From the sequence record NZ_CP044066.1: 64,000 nucleotides of DNA; one strand, written 5' to 3'. The notes beneath the pieces were generated by a model. The model searched no databases. It worked only from the letters and a program-made list of their open reading frames with translations, and was not told where the DNA came from. The stretch is from a plasmid. Positions 18,872 to 29,760 of the stretch are shown piece after piece. Position numbers and translations under genes: made by a program. Numbering within the stretch: position 1 is the stretch's first letter; every line of letters starts with the position of its first letter.

Positions 18872-20554
18872 TCAGCAGCCCAGCACTTTGGGCACCTTGC
18901 CGGTGTAGTCGAAGCCCTCGACCGCCAGAAGACCGGCGACGACTTCGGCCTTCGACTTGTTGAACAGCTTGGCGAACCCATCGCCCAGCGCCTTGCGAAT
19001 GCCCAGCTCGTCCGCGAGCACCTTCATTTCGGACTTAGTGAGCATCTCCAGGAAGTCCTGCGACTTCTGCAGGTTCCAGTGCAGCTTGAGGTCAAGCTTG
19101 TGATAGCGGCAAAGGTCACGAAGATTCGTGACCTCCATGCCGTCAATCGCCGCCACAGTCAGCGCGACGGTCAGCTGATGACGCTTGCCGTCGTCCAGCG
19201 ACTGCACGGCGCCAAGGCAGCCTTGCAGGGTCGAAGACGCCTTCTGCTCGGTCAGCTTCTCGAAGATCTTGCCCATCTTGTCGCCGGCGATGTTGCGCGC
19301 CAGTCCGCTCAGAGCGATCGAGATCAGATACGAGTTGGCCAGCGCAGCGTTCTGCGCGACTTCCTTGCGCAGGGCCTTACGCCAGAGATCGGTCCGATAG
19401 GCCTTGACCTTCTCCGACTCGCTGATCGACGTCACGGGTTTCTCGGTCGGTACAGCGGCTTTGCCGTCCCCCTTGGCGGGAGCCGACTTGCCTGCACCAG
19501 GTGCGCTCGCCGCAGGCTTCTGCGCTGCCGCTTTCGCGTCGCGCTCCGCCTTGAGTCGGGCGGCAACCTTCTCGGAATTGCAGACCGTGTCGAAGCACTG
19601 GCCACCATAGACCTTGCCGAGAGATCCCGGGAGGCCGCTCACCGCGGCGCCAAAATTCTGGCAGCCGTGGCAGGCCTTCGCCTGTTCCTCGCCAACCCCG
19701 GTCGGGCCATCGACCAACAACTGGACGCGAGTCTCGTTGTCGCCCGCGCGAACGATGCGGATGACCTGGTACTCGTCCTTCAGCCCGTAGGCAATGCCTT
19801 CGAGCTTTCGATCGGTCTTCTCGGTGTAGCAGGCGCGATTGGTACAGTTGCCCGTCGCGATTGCCTCGCCGAACATCTCCGTCTGCAACGAGGAATTGTG
19901 CTGGCAGGTGGTGCATTGCGCCTTATCGAAGATCGCCTTCTCAAGGCTGCACGCGGCGGCCTCGATCGTCTTCTTCAGTTCGGCAACAGGCTTTTTCTCG
20001 CTCACAATGACAGGCAGCAGCTTGTCCTGCGTGCCCTTCTCGAGCGTTGCCAGCAGTTCGGCATGGCCGAGCTGAATTGTGCGGGTGTTGAGCGATTCCA
20101 GAACGGTTTCGCTGCAGTTCATCAGCGCCAGGCGCTTGTCGAGCGTCGATCGCGACCAGCCTAGCTGACGAGCCGCCTCATCGCGGTCGCCCTGCAGCCA
20201 GCCGACGATCTTAGCCGCTTGCACCGCCTCCTCGGAGGGGGCCATGTCGGCACGCTGGATATTCTCGATGAGCGCAAAGCTATCTGCTTCGGCATCGGTC
20301 ATAACTTTGATGATGACCGGGACGGGATAGCCTTCGCCGTGGGCCGCAAGGGCTGCGCGGTAGCGGCGTTCACCTGCCACGACCTCGTACTCACGGCCGC
20401 CCTCGTCTTCTTCGACAGGGCGAATCAGGATGGACTGAAGCACACCATTGACCCGGACGGACTCGGTGAGCTCGCCCATTTCGGCAGGATCGAAGTACTT
20501 GCGCGGATTACGGCCAGGACGGATCTTGCCAACAACTACGGTGGGAGTTTGCAT
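18872..20554 (-). CDS. ParB/Spo0J-family nuclease-domain protein (large ICE-type ParB; first gene of PRTRC cassette)
   Basis: ParB N-terminal motif IENIQRADM...AVVAGERRYRA. Start MQTPTVVVGKIRPGRNPR. Confidence 0.7.
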   Translation of the reverse strand: MQTPTVVVGKIRPGRNPRKYFDPAEMGELTESVRVNGVLQSILIRPVEEDEGGREYEVVAGERRYRAALAAHGEGYPVPVIIKVMTDAEADSFALIENIQRADMAPSEEAVQAAKIVGWLQGDRDEAARQLGWSRSTLDKRLALMNCSETVLESLNTRTIQLGHAELLATLEKGTQDKLLPVIVSEKKPVAELKKTIEAAACSLEKAIFDKAQCTTCQHNSSLQTEMFGEAIATGNCTNRACYTEKTDRKLEGIAYGLKDEYQVIRIVRAGDNETRVQLLVDGPTGVGEEQAKACHGCQNFGAAVSGLPGSLGKVYGGQCFDTVCNSEKVAARLKAERDAKAAAQKPAASAPGAGKSAPAKGDGKAAVPTEKPVTSISESEKVKAYRTDLWRKALRKEVAQNAALANSYLISIALSGLARNIAGDKMGKIFEKLTEQKASSTLQGCLGAVQSLDDGKRHQLTVALTVAAIDGMEVTNLRDLCRYHKLDLKLHWNLQKSQDFLEMLTKSEMKVLADELGIRKALGDGFAKLFNKSKAEVVAGLLAVEGFDYTGKVPKVLGC

Positions 20555-20684
20555 TTGTGGGTTCTCGCGGAAATGGGGAACCCGTTGCCGCACCGGGAAC
20601 GTGGTTCCCGATGGGATCGAAAGGCGAACTGCCAGGCTATGCCGGCGAGTCGCTTACTACAGATGCTGGCACCTTGCGGTGCAG

Positions 20685-20710
20685 GGTCGATGCGTCTTGG
20701 ACGCGGTAGG
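20685..20710 (-). repeat. M1 motif copy 7 (GGGTCGATGCGTCttgGACGCGGTAGGT)
   Basis: About 130 nt upstream of the parB start. Confidence 0.55.
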
Positions 20711-20930
20711 TGCGCAGAGAATACCTAAAATGCTTCCGGCTTTCAAGCTGGTAAGCACGGGGGTAATGGCGACAGGAGCGGCGATCGGCTCAGCGTCCCG
20801 TGTGGCTCGACCATCGACGGCTTATCGGCATCTGTGCAACACCCCTCCTCAGCAGCAGGCCGCCTCCGCCGCCCATTCGATATCATCGCATCCAACATCC
20901 AATGCATCGCGAGGCGGGAAGAACCGGGCT

Positions 20931-21356
20931 ATGAGCCAACATCAGATGTGGTTTCGATCGACCTTGTTTGACGCCGAAGCTGGTGGGCCGAATTACGCGA
21001 AAGCCCCGGCGGGGCGACAGTTGGCCGAATGGTTGCGCGACCGCCTCGAGAGTGAGGGGCAAGCCGTCGAGGCCGTTATCCCCGAAGACTGGGGGTGGTG
21101 CATCGTCGTGCAGCGAAAACCCTCTCGACTATGGATCGGCTGTGGTCGCGTCGAGGAGGACCCGGCCGACGCCGAGAGATCGACTGGGCGCTCTCCTGCA
21201 ACGGAGGTGATCTGGTCATGCTTTGTGGCCGCTGAACGCTCGATCTTGGGAAAGCTGTTGGGCGGCCGGTCCTCGGGGAGCGCAGATGTTCTCTACCGGC
21301 AGATGTTAGCGATCGTTGAGAAAGATCCCGCAAACATGCTGGTCGAAGAACCGTGA
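20931..21356 (+). CDS. hypothetical protein (~141 aa)
   Basis: Start MSQHQMWFRSTLFDAE. An upstream in-frame Met is also possible. Confidence 0.4.
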   Translation: MSQHQMWFRSTLFDAEAGGPNYAKAPAGRQLAEWLRDRLESEGQAVEAVIPEDWGWCIVVQRKPSRLWIGCGRVEEDPADAERSTGRSPATEVIWSCFVAAERSILGKLLGGRSSGSADVLYRQMLAIVEKDPANMLVEEP

Positions 21357-21619
21357 TCCCTCGACAGTGACGCGCCGTGACCGTACACAGCGTCCCAAAA
21401 CGGCCAAGAGGAGTCATTTCATTGTGGCACCCAAGCAGCCGGTGTGTGCTTAGGATCGGCCATCAGGTAGCCGATCGGAGCCTTTGAGCGGCAGCTAGAC
21501 GTCGCCGCTTACGGACGCGCCGGCAAGGCCCCAGCCCACGGGTCGTGAGTTATTGCGGCAGTTGGAGCAGCCGACTATCTGAGCTCACGTGTATCGTTTA
21601 ATCGGACTAGGCGGTCCAG

Positions 21620-23128
21620 CTACGCGGCGGGCTGCAGGGCACGCATTAACGCGGTGACCTGCGCCTCGGCCTGTTCGGCGGAGGTGATATTGGTGTATCC
21701 AAGCAGCAGCGCGCGCCGGCCGGCCTTTCCTTTGCGCCAGGCCGTGAGCGAGAATACCTCAATGCCTGCTTTCCGAGCCCGATGGGCGAGTTCTACGTCG
21801 TCCTCGCCTTCCGGGACATCCAGCAGCAGATTCATGCCGCCGCTTTCCAGCGTGACCGAGTAGCCCTTGTCCGAATGGCGCCGCAGCGCCTGGACCAGCA
21901 GCGTGCGCCGCCGTGCGTATAGCGCCCGCATGCGCTTGATGTGGCGCGAGAAGTGACCCTGTTCGATAAACTCCGCAAGCGCGGCTTGCATCAGTTCGGG
22001 GCAACCGCCGTATACCGCGCGCTGGCTGGCCTGCGCGAACGCCGTGACGAGCGCCTTGGGTGCCACGATATAGGCAATACGCATCCCCGGAAACATGACT
22101 TTCGACATGGTCCCGGCGTAGATCACGCGATCCGCATTGTCCAGCGCCTTGAGCGCGGGAAGCGGGTGTCCGCGGAAGCGATACTCGCCATCGTAATCGT
22201 CTTCGAAAATCCACGCCCTGTTGGTCCTTGCCCAATTGAGCAATGCCACCCTGCGCGGCAGCGCCAGCGACACGCCGGTGGGACTCTGATGCGAGGGGGT
22301 CACGATCGCGACCCTTGCACTTCGGAACGACTGGGCGGCCATGCCGACGTTGATGCCTTGCTGATCGACCGGCACATGGCAGGGCCGAGCGTTCAGGCGC
22401 TCCACCATTACTGCGGTGGTAGGGAACCCGGGGCACTCGACCCACACGTCCGAAGGGCTCTCACGGCCTATTTCCCCGGCCAGTTTCAGCGCCGTGAACG
22501 CCAGCTCGAGTCCAGACGCATAGCAAGGCACCACGAACACCTGTGATGGCTCGACATCGAGGCCGCGCGCACGATTCAGGTGTCCAGCCAGGGCGTCTCG
22601 CAGTGGCGCATAGCCGTGCAATGCTGGCTTGAGCAGCGTGGTGATACGTCGGGCCTGACGCCCTATCAGTCTGGCCCAAACCTTATGCGGGAACTCATCC
22701 AGGGCGGGGTATCCCGGCTGCAGGATGGTCGGCGGTACGCCGGTGGCGCCGAGCGCCAGACTCTCGTCGTGCTCCATCGCTCGGAAGCATGCCATGGTCG
22801 CGGTGTTGCCGGCCGCGCCATCCGCGCCATCGCGGCTAGGCCGCTGGCGGAGGAGCGGCGTAGAGTCGGACACGAACGTGCCGGCGGGCCCTCGGGCCAC
22901 CAAATATCCCTCACCCACAAGCCGGTCGTAGGCGACCTGAACGGTGCCACGCGCGACGCCGAGCTCCATGGCCATCGCCCTCAGTGAGGCAACGCGCTGA
23001 CCGGGCCGGAGACGGCCCTGCTCGATTTGCGATCGAAACCGTTCATAGATTTGATCGTGAAGCGTTGTGACCGGATAAGACAGTTCGTAATCCTTGCGAT
23101 CCAAATCAAATTGCTTGTTTAACAGCAT
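21620..23128 (-). CDS. MocR/GabR-type transcriptional regulator (GntR HTH + PLP aminotransferase-like domain)
   Basis: N-terminal GntR HTH (LPGQRVASLRAMAMELGVARGTVQVAYDRLV) and an aminotransferase-fold C-terminal domain. Confidence 0.7.
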   Translation of the reverse strand: MLLNKQFDLDRKDYELSYPVTTLHDQIYERFRSQIEQGRLRPGQRVASLRAMAMELGVARGTVQVAYDRLVGEGYLVARGPAGTFVSDSTPLLRQRPSRDGADGAAGNTATMACFRAMEHDESLALGATGVPPTILQPGYPALDEFPHKVWARLIGRQARRITTLLKPALHGYAPLRDALAGHLNRARGLDVEPSQVFVVPCYASGLELAFTALKLAGEIGRESPSDVWVECPGFPTTAVMVERLNARPCHVPVDQQGINVGMAAQSFRSARVAIVTPSHQSPTGVSLALPRRVALLNWARTNRAWIFEDDYDGEYRFRGHPLPALKALDNADRVIYAGTMSKVMFPGMRIAYIVAPKALVTAFAQASQRAVYGGCPELMQAALAEFIEQGHFSRHIKRMRALYARRRTLLVQALRRHSDKGYSVTLESGGMNLLLDVPEGEDDVELAHRARKAGIEVFSLTAWRKGKAGRRALLLGYTNITSAEQAEAQVTALMRALQPAA

Positions 23129-23674
23129 ATCAATTACTAAAAGCACCGAACATAAGAAAAACAAACAATTTTAATATTTCATCCGCAATCCACCATTCTT
23201 CTGGCAGATTCTTATGTGTGATTGTTTTCGTTCTTTCGCCAGTAAGCTGAGCACGACGCCCTGGTTTGTTCCTCGTGCAGCAACGATGGTATCCATCAGC
23301 AGTGCCGCCGTTCGCAGTGTCGTATAGGTTGACCAACGTTTGCTAGGCGCACTGACAGCATAACTGAGTGGACCATCTGTGCCATAACTACGCTGGATTC
23401 CGTTGGTCCCGGTAGTGGATTCTTGTCGCGGTCGGCCAACATGGTGACGCAACGCGGTTACCGGCAACGCACCAAAATGGAACGAATCTTCATCGACCAT
23501 GGACCAGTCCAAGCTGCTGAATATGGCAAGATTTGGTCTTATTAAACAGACCATCCGCTGATAGGCTCGCTTGAACTGCGTCATCGAAGTCACATAACAT
23601 CGATGGGTCGAGAATGAAATCAATCGCCTCAACGGAATCTGCGCACCTATCGGCAGTCGCAGGAAGGATTACCC

Positions 23675-24442
23675 ATGCACAGCTCACTCGAGCCGATAGA
23701 AACGGTCTTGATCGTCGACGATGATGTGGGCGCCCGTCTGGCTCTCTCGAACCTGCTCCGCTCGGTCGATTTGCGTGTGCTTCTGTTCGCGTCAGCAGAG
23801 GAACTGCTCGCGATAACGCCGCCCGAGGGGCCAACGTGCCTCGTGCTGGACGTTCGGCTCAAGGGGCTCAGTGGCCTGGCATTGCAGTCGATTCTTGTGC
23901 AGGGACGGCGCGCGCTGCCGATCATTTTCATCTCCGGATATGCGGATGTTCCGATGGCCGTCGGGGCAATGAAGGCGGGTGCCGTGGACTTTATCGAGAA
24001 GCCTTTTCGCGATCAAGAGATGCTGGAGGCAGTCCGTGAAGCTCTGAAGATCGACATCGCGCGTTACAAGCGCCTGCGGGCGGCGGACGACCTGCGGCAG
24101 AAGTACGTGTCATTGACGCCCCGCGAAAGGGACGTCATGGCGCTGGTCACCTGCGGACTGCTGAACAAGCAGGTGGCGGATCGCCTAGGACTGAGCGTCG
24201 TCACGGTGAAGATTCACCGTCGTCAGGTCATGCGAAAGATGACCGCCGGTTCGTTCGCGGAACTGGTGAGAATGAAGGAACTCGTGGAAATCGCCATCTT
24301 GCCGCGCCACATGCCGGACGGCATCCCGGCCGTGACATATGTCGACAATGCTTCGCCACGGCTGGAGCTGCAATCCGAAAATGAAGTGTGTGGCGTTCAC
24401 TTCAAGATGCCATCGTCTGGTGGGGGCGTGAACCTCGAATAA
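23675..24442 (+). CDS. LuxR/FixJ-family two-component response regulator
   Basis: REC domain (LIVDDD...LDVRLKG) and a LuxR HTH (LTPRERDVMALVTCGLLNKQVADRLGLSVVTVKIHR). Confidence 0.7.
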   Translation: MHSSLEPIETVLIVDDDVGARLALSNLLRSVDLRVLLFASAEELLAITPPEGPTCLVLDVRLKGLSGLALQSILVQGRRALPIIFISGYADVPMAVGAMKAGAVDFIEKPFRDQEMLEAVREALKIDIARYKRLRAADDLRQKYVSLTPRERDVMALVTCGLLNKQVADRLGLSVVTVKIHRRQVMRKMTAGSFAELVRMKELVEIAILPRHMPDGIPAVTYVDNASPRLELQSENEVCGVHFKMPSSGGGVNLE

Positions 24443-24539
24443 CGTCCCTATGGCTGAGCATCTCAATATTGTCGTCACGCTGGAGCGAGGTGTGTCAGAC
24501 TCTGGAGTTGCCCCCGTATCCCCGGACATGGTCACACCG

Positions 24540-25421
24540 TTAGATTGATAAGGCCATTGCACGCCTGAACTCCCGCGGGGAGCGGTAATTCAGGGCGCTA
24601 TGGGGGTGCTGCTCGTTGTAATGCTCAAAGGCGATCGCCAGATTGCGAGCCGCCGTCTGCGCATCGGGCTTGGGCATGAACGCGACGTAGTCGCGCTTCA
24701 TGGTCTTCACGAAGCTCTCGGCCATTCCGTTGCTCTGCGGACTGCAGACCGGCGTGGTCAACGGCTTCAGGCCGATCGCTGACGCAAACGCCTTGGTCTT
24801 GTCGGCCGTGTAGCCCGAGCCGTTATCAGTCAGCCATTCGACTTCTGCTGGAGCTCTCATAGCGTTGCCGAAGCGGTGCTCGACGGCGGCCAGCATTACG
24901 TCGCGGACTACGTCTCCACTATGCCCACCGGTGGTTGCCGCCCAGCGCAGGGCCTCGCGATCGCAGCAGTCCAGGGCGAACGTCACGCGCAGTGGCTCAC
25001 CGTTGTCGCAGCGGAACTCGAAGCCGTCGGAACACCAACGCTGATTCGTCTTGTCAACAGCGACCTTGCCGTCGTGTCGCCGTCGAGGCCTTGGTGGAAT
25101 CGGCCTGCGCTGCAGCATCAGTCCGTGTACGCGCATGACCCGGTAGACACGCTTCACGTTCACGGGCGGCACTCCATGGCGCTCGCGTTCCCGGCGCAAT
25201 ACACCCCACACGCGCCGATAGCCGTAACTGGGCAAGTGTGCCACCGCATCTCGGATCTCTTTGACCAACCCTGCGTCATCGATCCTTCTGGCGCCGCGAC
25301 CATCCTGCCAGTCAGCAGGACGAGCCAGCTTCTCTGCCACATTCGAGCGCGCTACACCGAGAACTTCGCAGACCCGCTTCACAGGTCGTCCCCGGGCAAT
25401 GAGGGTGAGCGCGCAATCCAT
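24540..25421 (-). CDS. IS3-family transposase OrfB (DDE integrase core)
   Basis: Motifs WCSDGFEF...DNGSGYTA...[11 protein letters not shown]. Confidence 0.75.
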   Translation of the reverse strand: MDCALTLIARGRPVKRVCEVLGVARSNVAEKLARPADWQDGRGARRIDDAGLVKEIRDAVAHLPSYGYRRVWGVLRRERERHGVPPVNVKRVYRVMRVHGLMLQRRPIPPRPRRRHDGKVAVDKTNQRWCSDGFEFRCDNGEPLRVTFALDCCDREALRWAATTGGHSGDVVRDVMLAAVEHRFGNAMRAPAEVEWLTDNGSGYTADKTKAFASAIGLKPLTTPVCSPQSNGMAESFVKTMKRDYVAFMPKPDAQTAARNLAIAFEHYNEQHPHSALNYRSPREFRRAMALSI

Positions 25422-25774
25422 TTTCGCGACTTCATTACCTCCACGGCCTCGCGGAGAATTTCGTTCTCCATCGTCTTCTTGCCCAGCAGCCGTTGTAGTT
25501 CTCGAATTTGCTTGAGCGCGTCACCCAGTTCGGAGGCAGGAACCACTTCCTCGCCAGCGCTGACCGCGGACAGACTGCCGTCCTGATACAGCTTCCGCCA
25601 TTGGAAGAGCTGGTTGGGATTGACGCCATGCTGACGCGCAACCATCGATACGGTCTTGCCTGGCTCGCAGCTCTCGCGCACCATCGCAAGCTTCTCCTCA
25701 GGCGACCACCGCCGCCGGCGCTCCGGCCCCGTCAACACTTCTACCAATTCCTGCTTCGTTTTAGTCATAAACAC
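25379..25774 (-). CDS. IS3-family transposase OrfA (HTH)
   Basis: [30 protein letters not shown]. Overlaps orfB in the -1 frame. Confidence 0.7.
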   Translation of the reverse strand: MFMTKTKQELVEVLTGPERRRRWSPEEKLAMVRESCEPGKTVSMVARQHGVNPNQLFQWRKLYQDGSLSAVSAGEEVVPASELGDALKQIRELQRLLGKKTMENEILREAVEVMKSRKWIARSPSLPGDDL

Positions 25775-26272
25775 AGTCGTATGCCTACCCGCTATTGTAA
25801 GTGGGTGACTGTGTCCGGCGATTCAGGGGGCTGTTCCAGACTCGGAACGAGTGAGTATCGTATCGGATCTATCGAGACTTTACGCATCGTACTTCGGGAA
25901 CATTCAAGACGTTTGTCGCATCAGTTGCCGGACGGGAGAAGCCCGTTGCAAGTCCTGGCCTACGGCAAGAGGCATGCTGGAATTCCCTCTGACTGTCGAC
26001 GAACTTTTGTTCATTTATGGTGAAAAACTGGATCCATCCGGTATTAGAGGTAGCGTCCACATTGTCGCAATCGCAGGAGCACAGGATCAATTAATACTAC
26101 TGGCACGTGCCCCGCTACGGCCATCGGCCTGATTCAAAGGTATGCGTCACCATACCAAGTCGCAATTCCGGTTGCGCCTGATAATCAAGAATTGGATCTA
26201 AAATGCAATAGGCATACGCCATTGTTGCCGTGCATTCGGCACGTATCAAACATTAACGAGGATCTATCTTTG

Positions 26273-27262
26273 ATGACCGATATCGATAACGCCATGCAGG
26301 TTAATTCCGCACGGCGGGACCTGCTCGCACTCGGCTTAGGGACGTTGTCCTTCGCGATGCTTCCGGCCATGCCGGCAATTGCCCAATCCACAACTCGAGT
26401 TCCAACCTCTCAGGGAAGTACGACGATGAGCTCTGTTACTACGCGCGACGGCGTTGAGATTTTCTATAAGGACTGGGGGCCCAAGACAGCTCAGCCCATC
26501 GTGTTCCACCACGGTTGGCCGCTGTCGGCCGATGACTGGGATAACCAGATGCTGTTCTTTCTGCAAAACGGCTATCGCGTGGTGGCACACGATCGGCGCG
26601 GGCATGGTCGTTCCACTCAGGTCAGCGAAGGGCATGACATGGACCATTATGCAGCGGACGTCGCCGCTGTGGTCGAGCATCTCAACCTCAAGAATGCCGT
26701 GCACATTGGTCATTCGACGGGTGGAGGGGAGGCGCTGCACTATGTGGTTCGTCACGGCCAACCGCAGAAGCGGGTGGCAAAGCTGGTGTTGATCGGGGCG
26801 GTTCCGCCGTTGATGGTCAAGACCGCGAGCAATCCTGGCGGCCTGCCCATCGAGGCGTTCGACGGACTGCGCAAGTCTTTGGCGGACAATCGCTCGAAGT
26901 TCTACGTCGATCTGCCGACGGGACCCTTCTACGGCTTCAACCGGCCGGGCGTGACACCGATACAGCCGGTGATTCAAAACTGGTGGCGACAGGGCATGAT
27001 GGGCGGTGCCAAGGCTCATTATGACGGTATCAAGGCCTTCTCCGAAACCGACTTCACCGAAGATCTCAAAGCGGTGGAAGTACCGACACTGGTCATGCAC
27101 GGTGACGACGATCAGATCGTACCGATTGCGGACTCGGCGCTGCTGTCGGTCAAGCTGCTGAGGAACGGCATGCTCAAGGTGTATGAGAAATTCCCGCACG
27201 GCATGTGCACCACGCATGCGGGCGTCATCAATCCGGATCTGCTGGCCTTTGTGAAGAAGTAG
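26273..27262 (+). CDS. Tat-exported alpha/beta hydrolase (non-heme haloperoxidase / arylesterase-like)
   Basis: Tat signal RRDLLALGLG. Nucleophile elbow GHSTGGG. Family motifs HHGWPL and DDLK. Confidence 0.7.
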   Translation: MTDIDNAMQVNSARRDLLALGLGTLSFAMLPAMPAIAQSTTRVPTSQGSTTMSSVTTRDGVEIFYKDWGPKTAQPIVFHHGWPLSADDWDNQMLFFLQNGYRVVAHDRRGHGRSTQVSEGHDMDHYAADVAAVVEHLNLKNAVHIGHSTGGGEALHYVVRHGQPQKRVAKLVLIGAVPPLMVKTASNPGGLPIEAFDGLRKSLADNRSKFYVDLPTGPFYGFNRPGVTPIQPVIQNWWRQGMMGGAKAHYDGIKAFSETDFTEDLKAVEVPTLVMHGDDDQIVPIADSALLSVKLLRNGMLKVYEKFPHGMCTTHAGVINPDLLAFVKK

Positions 27263-27725
27263 TATCGGGGATAAAGCGTGGAGGGATGGTCGATGGCAAC
27301 GTCGATAGCTCCCGCCACGCCCGAGCACATGATTGCTTCAATGACTTTTCTCGGGCTCCCATCTGGAGATGCGCTGAGACCTTCGTACCGGTGCAGCCCA
27401 GATGGTTGACAAGCACCCCATACTGAGACTTTTCGGCGTACGCGTGATGTCCATACGACGGCGCGCGCACGTGGGCAATGCCGGAGAGTGTCCGTCGGAA
27501 GCACCGGCCTCGATCCATACCTTGAACCCTCAAGTAGCAATAGAAATGATTAGCCCGATCTACCTCCAAAGATCCGGCTCTCATTCGGATGATCGGCTGA
27601 TTGGGAACGGAAAATGGCGGCCTGCTCTTCGAGCACTCCTCGGTCGACAAAGGAGTGTTGAAGGATCAGTGTTCAATTGTCTGGGCTAACCGGCTGAATG
27701 CATGCGGGTGGATTGCGTGCCTCGA

Positions 27726-28172
27726 TTACGCCTTTGCCGCAACTGGAAGCCGAAACGGGGCGCCGAGACGATTGAATGCGTTCATGGCGGCAATCGTTAT
27801 CGTGAGATCAACGAGGTCCTTGGGCGAAAATGCTGCCGATGCGGCCGCATAGGCTTCGTCTGAGGCATGCGTCTCACTGACGCGCGTCACTTCCTCCGCC
27901 CAGGCCAATGCGGCCCGCTCTTGCTCGGCGAATAGGTGCGGAACTTCATCCCACACCGGAACCAGCGTGATCTTGTCGACCGACATGGTCTTTCTGAGAT
28001 CGCGACTATGCATGTCAATGCAATGCGCGCATCCGTTGATCTGGGAGACGCGGAGGAACACGAGGTGGACAAGCTCCTCGGGGAGATCCGTCTTCTTCGT
28101 GACGTAGTGGTGGATACCAAAAAGCGCCTTCGCGCCGTCAGGCGCTATCTCTTGCCAGTTCAAGCGGGTCAT
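27726..28172 (-). CDS. carboxymuconolactone decarboxylase (AhpD-like) family protein
   Basis: CxxC motif NGCAHCIDMH. Start MTRLNWQEI. Confidence 0.6.
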   Translation of the reverse strand: MTRLNWQEIAPDGAKALFGIHHYVTKKTDLPEELVHLVFLRVSQINGCAHCIDMHSRDLRKTMSVDKITLVPVWDEVPHLFAEQERAALAWAEEVTRVSETHASDEAYAAASAAFSPKDLVDLTITIAAMNAFNRLGAPFRLPVAAKA

Positions 28173-28326
28173 CTCGGTCCTTTTCTGTTGGTGATTCGGT
28201 CCAGCGTCGCGGTCAGCGCGCCCGAGCCGCCTATCGACTTGGGCCGCGATTCGTGTCATAACGCAAAGTTACTCCGCCAGGCATTGAAGATACAGGCCCA
28301 AAAATTGGAGAAACGACTGGCCCAAA

Positions 28327-29760
28327 ATGACTCACCCGAACTCGCCCGCTGCGCTGTCCATCCTGGTGGACCGTGCCACTGCCATGCCGATCGGCGATCA
28401 GATCCATGCGAGCTTGCGACAGGCAATCGTCGAGGGTCGGCTTGCACCTGGACAGCGTCTTCCTTCCGGTCGAGACCTCGCTGCGCAGCTTGGTGTCGCC
28501 CGCGGCACCATTCGCGTGGTCTACGACCGTCTGATCGCCGAGAATCTGGTGTTCGGCGCAGGCTCTTCGGGCACACACGTATGCTCGCGGCTGGACGTCG
28601 GGAGAGCAGGCCGCGAAGCTTCGCTCGACGGGCCTCTGGCGGATTTCAACCGCCCATTTTCGAGCGCGCCGCTTCCGTTTCAAATGGGCGTACCTGCCCA
28701 GGACGCGTTTCCCGCCAAGCTCTGGGCTCGCATGCGGACGCGCGCCGTACGTGCCGATGCTATCGCTTACACGGCCTATGGCGATCCACGCGGCGAACCT
28801 GCCCTGCGGGCTCAGATAGCGAGCCACCTAGCCGTAAGCCGACAGATGCAGTGTCATCCCGACCAGATCCTCGTCACCAGCGGATACCGGCAGGGCCTGA
28901 TGCTTGCACTCACCGCACTGCGCGCGCATGGACGCAAGGCGTGGCTCGAGGAGCCAGGGTATCCGCTGGGAAGACGCGCGCTGGAGGTGATTGGAGCCGA
29001 GGTCGTACCCGTACCCGTTGATGCCGAGGGGTTGCGCGTGGAAGCTGGCGTCGCCAGCGCGCCAGACGCCTTGCTGGCGCTGGTCACGCCGGGCCAGCAT
29101 GCACCGCTGGGCGTGACCATGTCGCCTGAACGAAGGCGCGCGCTGCTTGACTGGGCGGCGGCACGGGGTGCCTGGATCATCGAGGACGACTATCTCGGAG
29201 AAATACAGCTCGACGGACGAGCCGCACCGGCCCTTGCGGCTGGCGAAGGTGCCGAACACGTAGTTCACATCGGAGCGTTCAGCAAGACGATCAGCCCGGC
29301 GCTGGGCCTCGGGTTCGTCGTCGCCCCACGTTCAGCGGCGGAGCGCCTGGTGGAGGTCTCCGCCGTGCTGGCCCCAGCTCCGAACCGGACAACCCAATTG
29401 GCGGTGACAGAGTTTCTGCGGGATGGGCACTACCTGCGGCACCTGCGCCAGATGAAGGCTCTCTACGCCGAGCGCCGCCGCCTCACATTAACGCATGTAA
29501 GGGAATTTTTGCCAGGCACGCTGATGGCGGGCCTTGGAGTAATCGCACCGCTCCCACAATCCGCCGACGACCGCGTCATCGTCGGCATCGCCCGCGCACA
29601 CGGCCTCGCGCCTTCGGCCCTCTCTGCCTGGTACCTTCGCCGCAGTCACGCGCAAGGTGGCTTGATACTCAGCGCGACGAACGTGCACCCCGACAACATC
29701 GGTGCCGTTTGCGCGAAGCTTGCGAGTATCGTTGCTTCATCGAGTTCTGGCACACATTAG
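28327..29760 (+). CDS. MocR/GabR-type transcriptional regulator (second copy)
   Basis: GntR HTH (LPSGRDLAAQLGVARGTIRVVYDRL) plus an aminotransferase-like domain. Divergent from the AhpD-like gene. Confidence 0.7.
   Translation: MTHPNSPAALSILVDRATAMPIGDQIHASLRQAIVEGRLAPGQRLPSGRDLAAQLGVARGTIRVVYDRLIAENLVFGAGSSGTHVCSRLDVGRAGREASLDGPLADFNRPFSSAPLPFQMGVPAQDAFPAKLWARMRTRAVRADAIAYTAYGDPRGEPALRAQIASHLAVSRQMQCHPDQILVTSGYRQGLMLALTALRAHGRKAWLEEPGYPLGRRALEVIGAEVVPVPVDAEGLRVEAGVASAPDALLALVTPGQHAPLGVTMSPERRRALLDWAAARGAWIIEDDYLGEIQLDGRAAPALAAGEGAEHVVHIGAFSKTISPALGLGFVVAPRSAAERLVEVSAVLAPAPNRTTQLAVTEFLRDGHYLRHLRQMKALYAERRRLTLTHVREFLPGTLMAGLGVIAPLPQSADDRVIVGIARAHGLAPSALSAWYLRRSHAQGGLILSATNVHPDNIGAVCAKLASIVASSSSGTH

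Larger units (their letters stand above)
24494..25852 (-). mobile_element. IS3-family insertion sequence (orfA/orfB with frameshift overlap)
   Basis: orfA (HTH) overlaps the orfB DDE integrase core. Imperfect terminal inverted repeats (cAGACTCTGGAGttGCCCCC versus GAGTCTGGAAcaGCCCCC). The ends are approximate. Confidence 0.6.

Noticed and set aside
18854-20164. 436-aa plus-strand ORF
   Set aside because: Antisense to parB. Leu/Arg/Ala-rich low-complexity translation.
23171-23632. 153-aa minus-strand ORF in the low-GC segment
   Set aside because: No recognisable domain or SD. The region looks like decayed foreign DNA. Possibly a pseudogene, not called.
26336-27328. 330-aa minus-strand ORF
   Set aside because: Antisense to the well-supported Tat-exported hydrolase gene.
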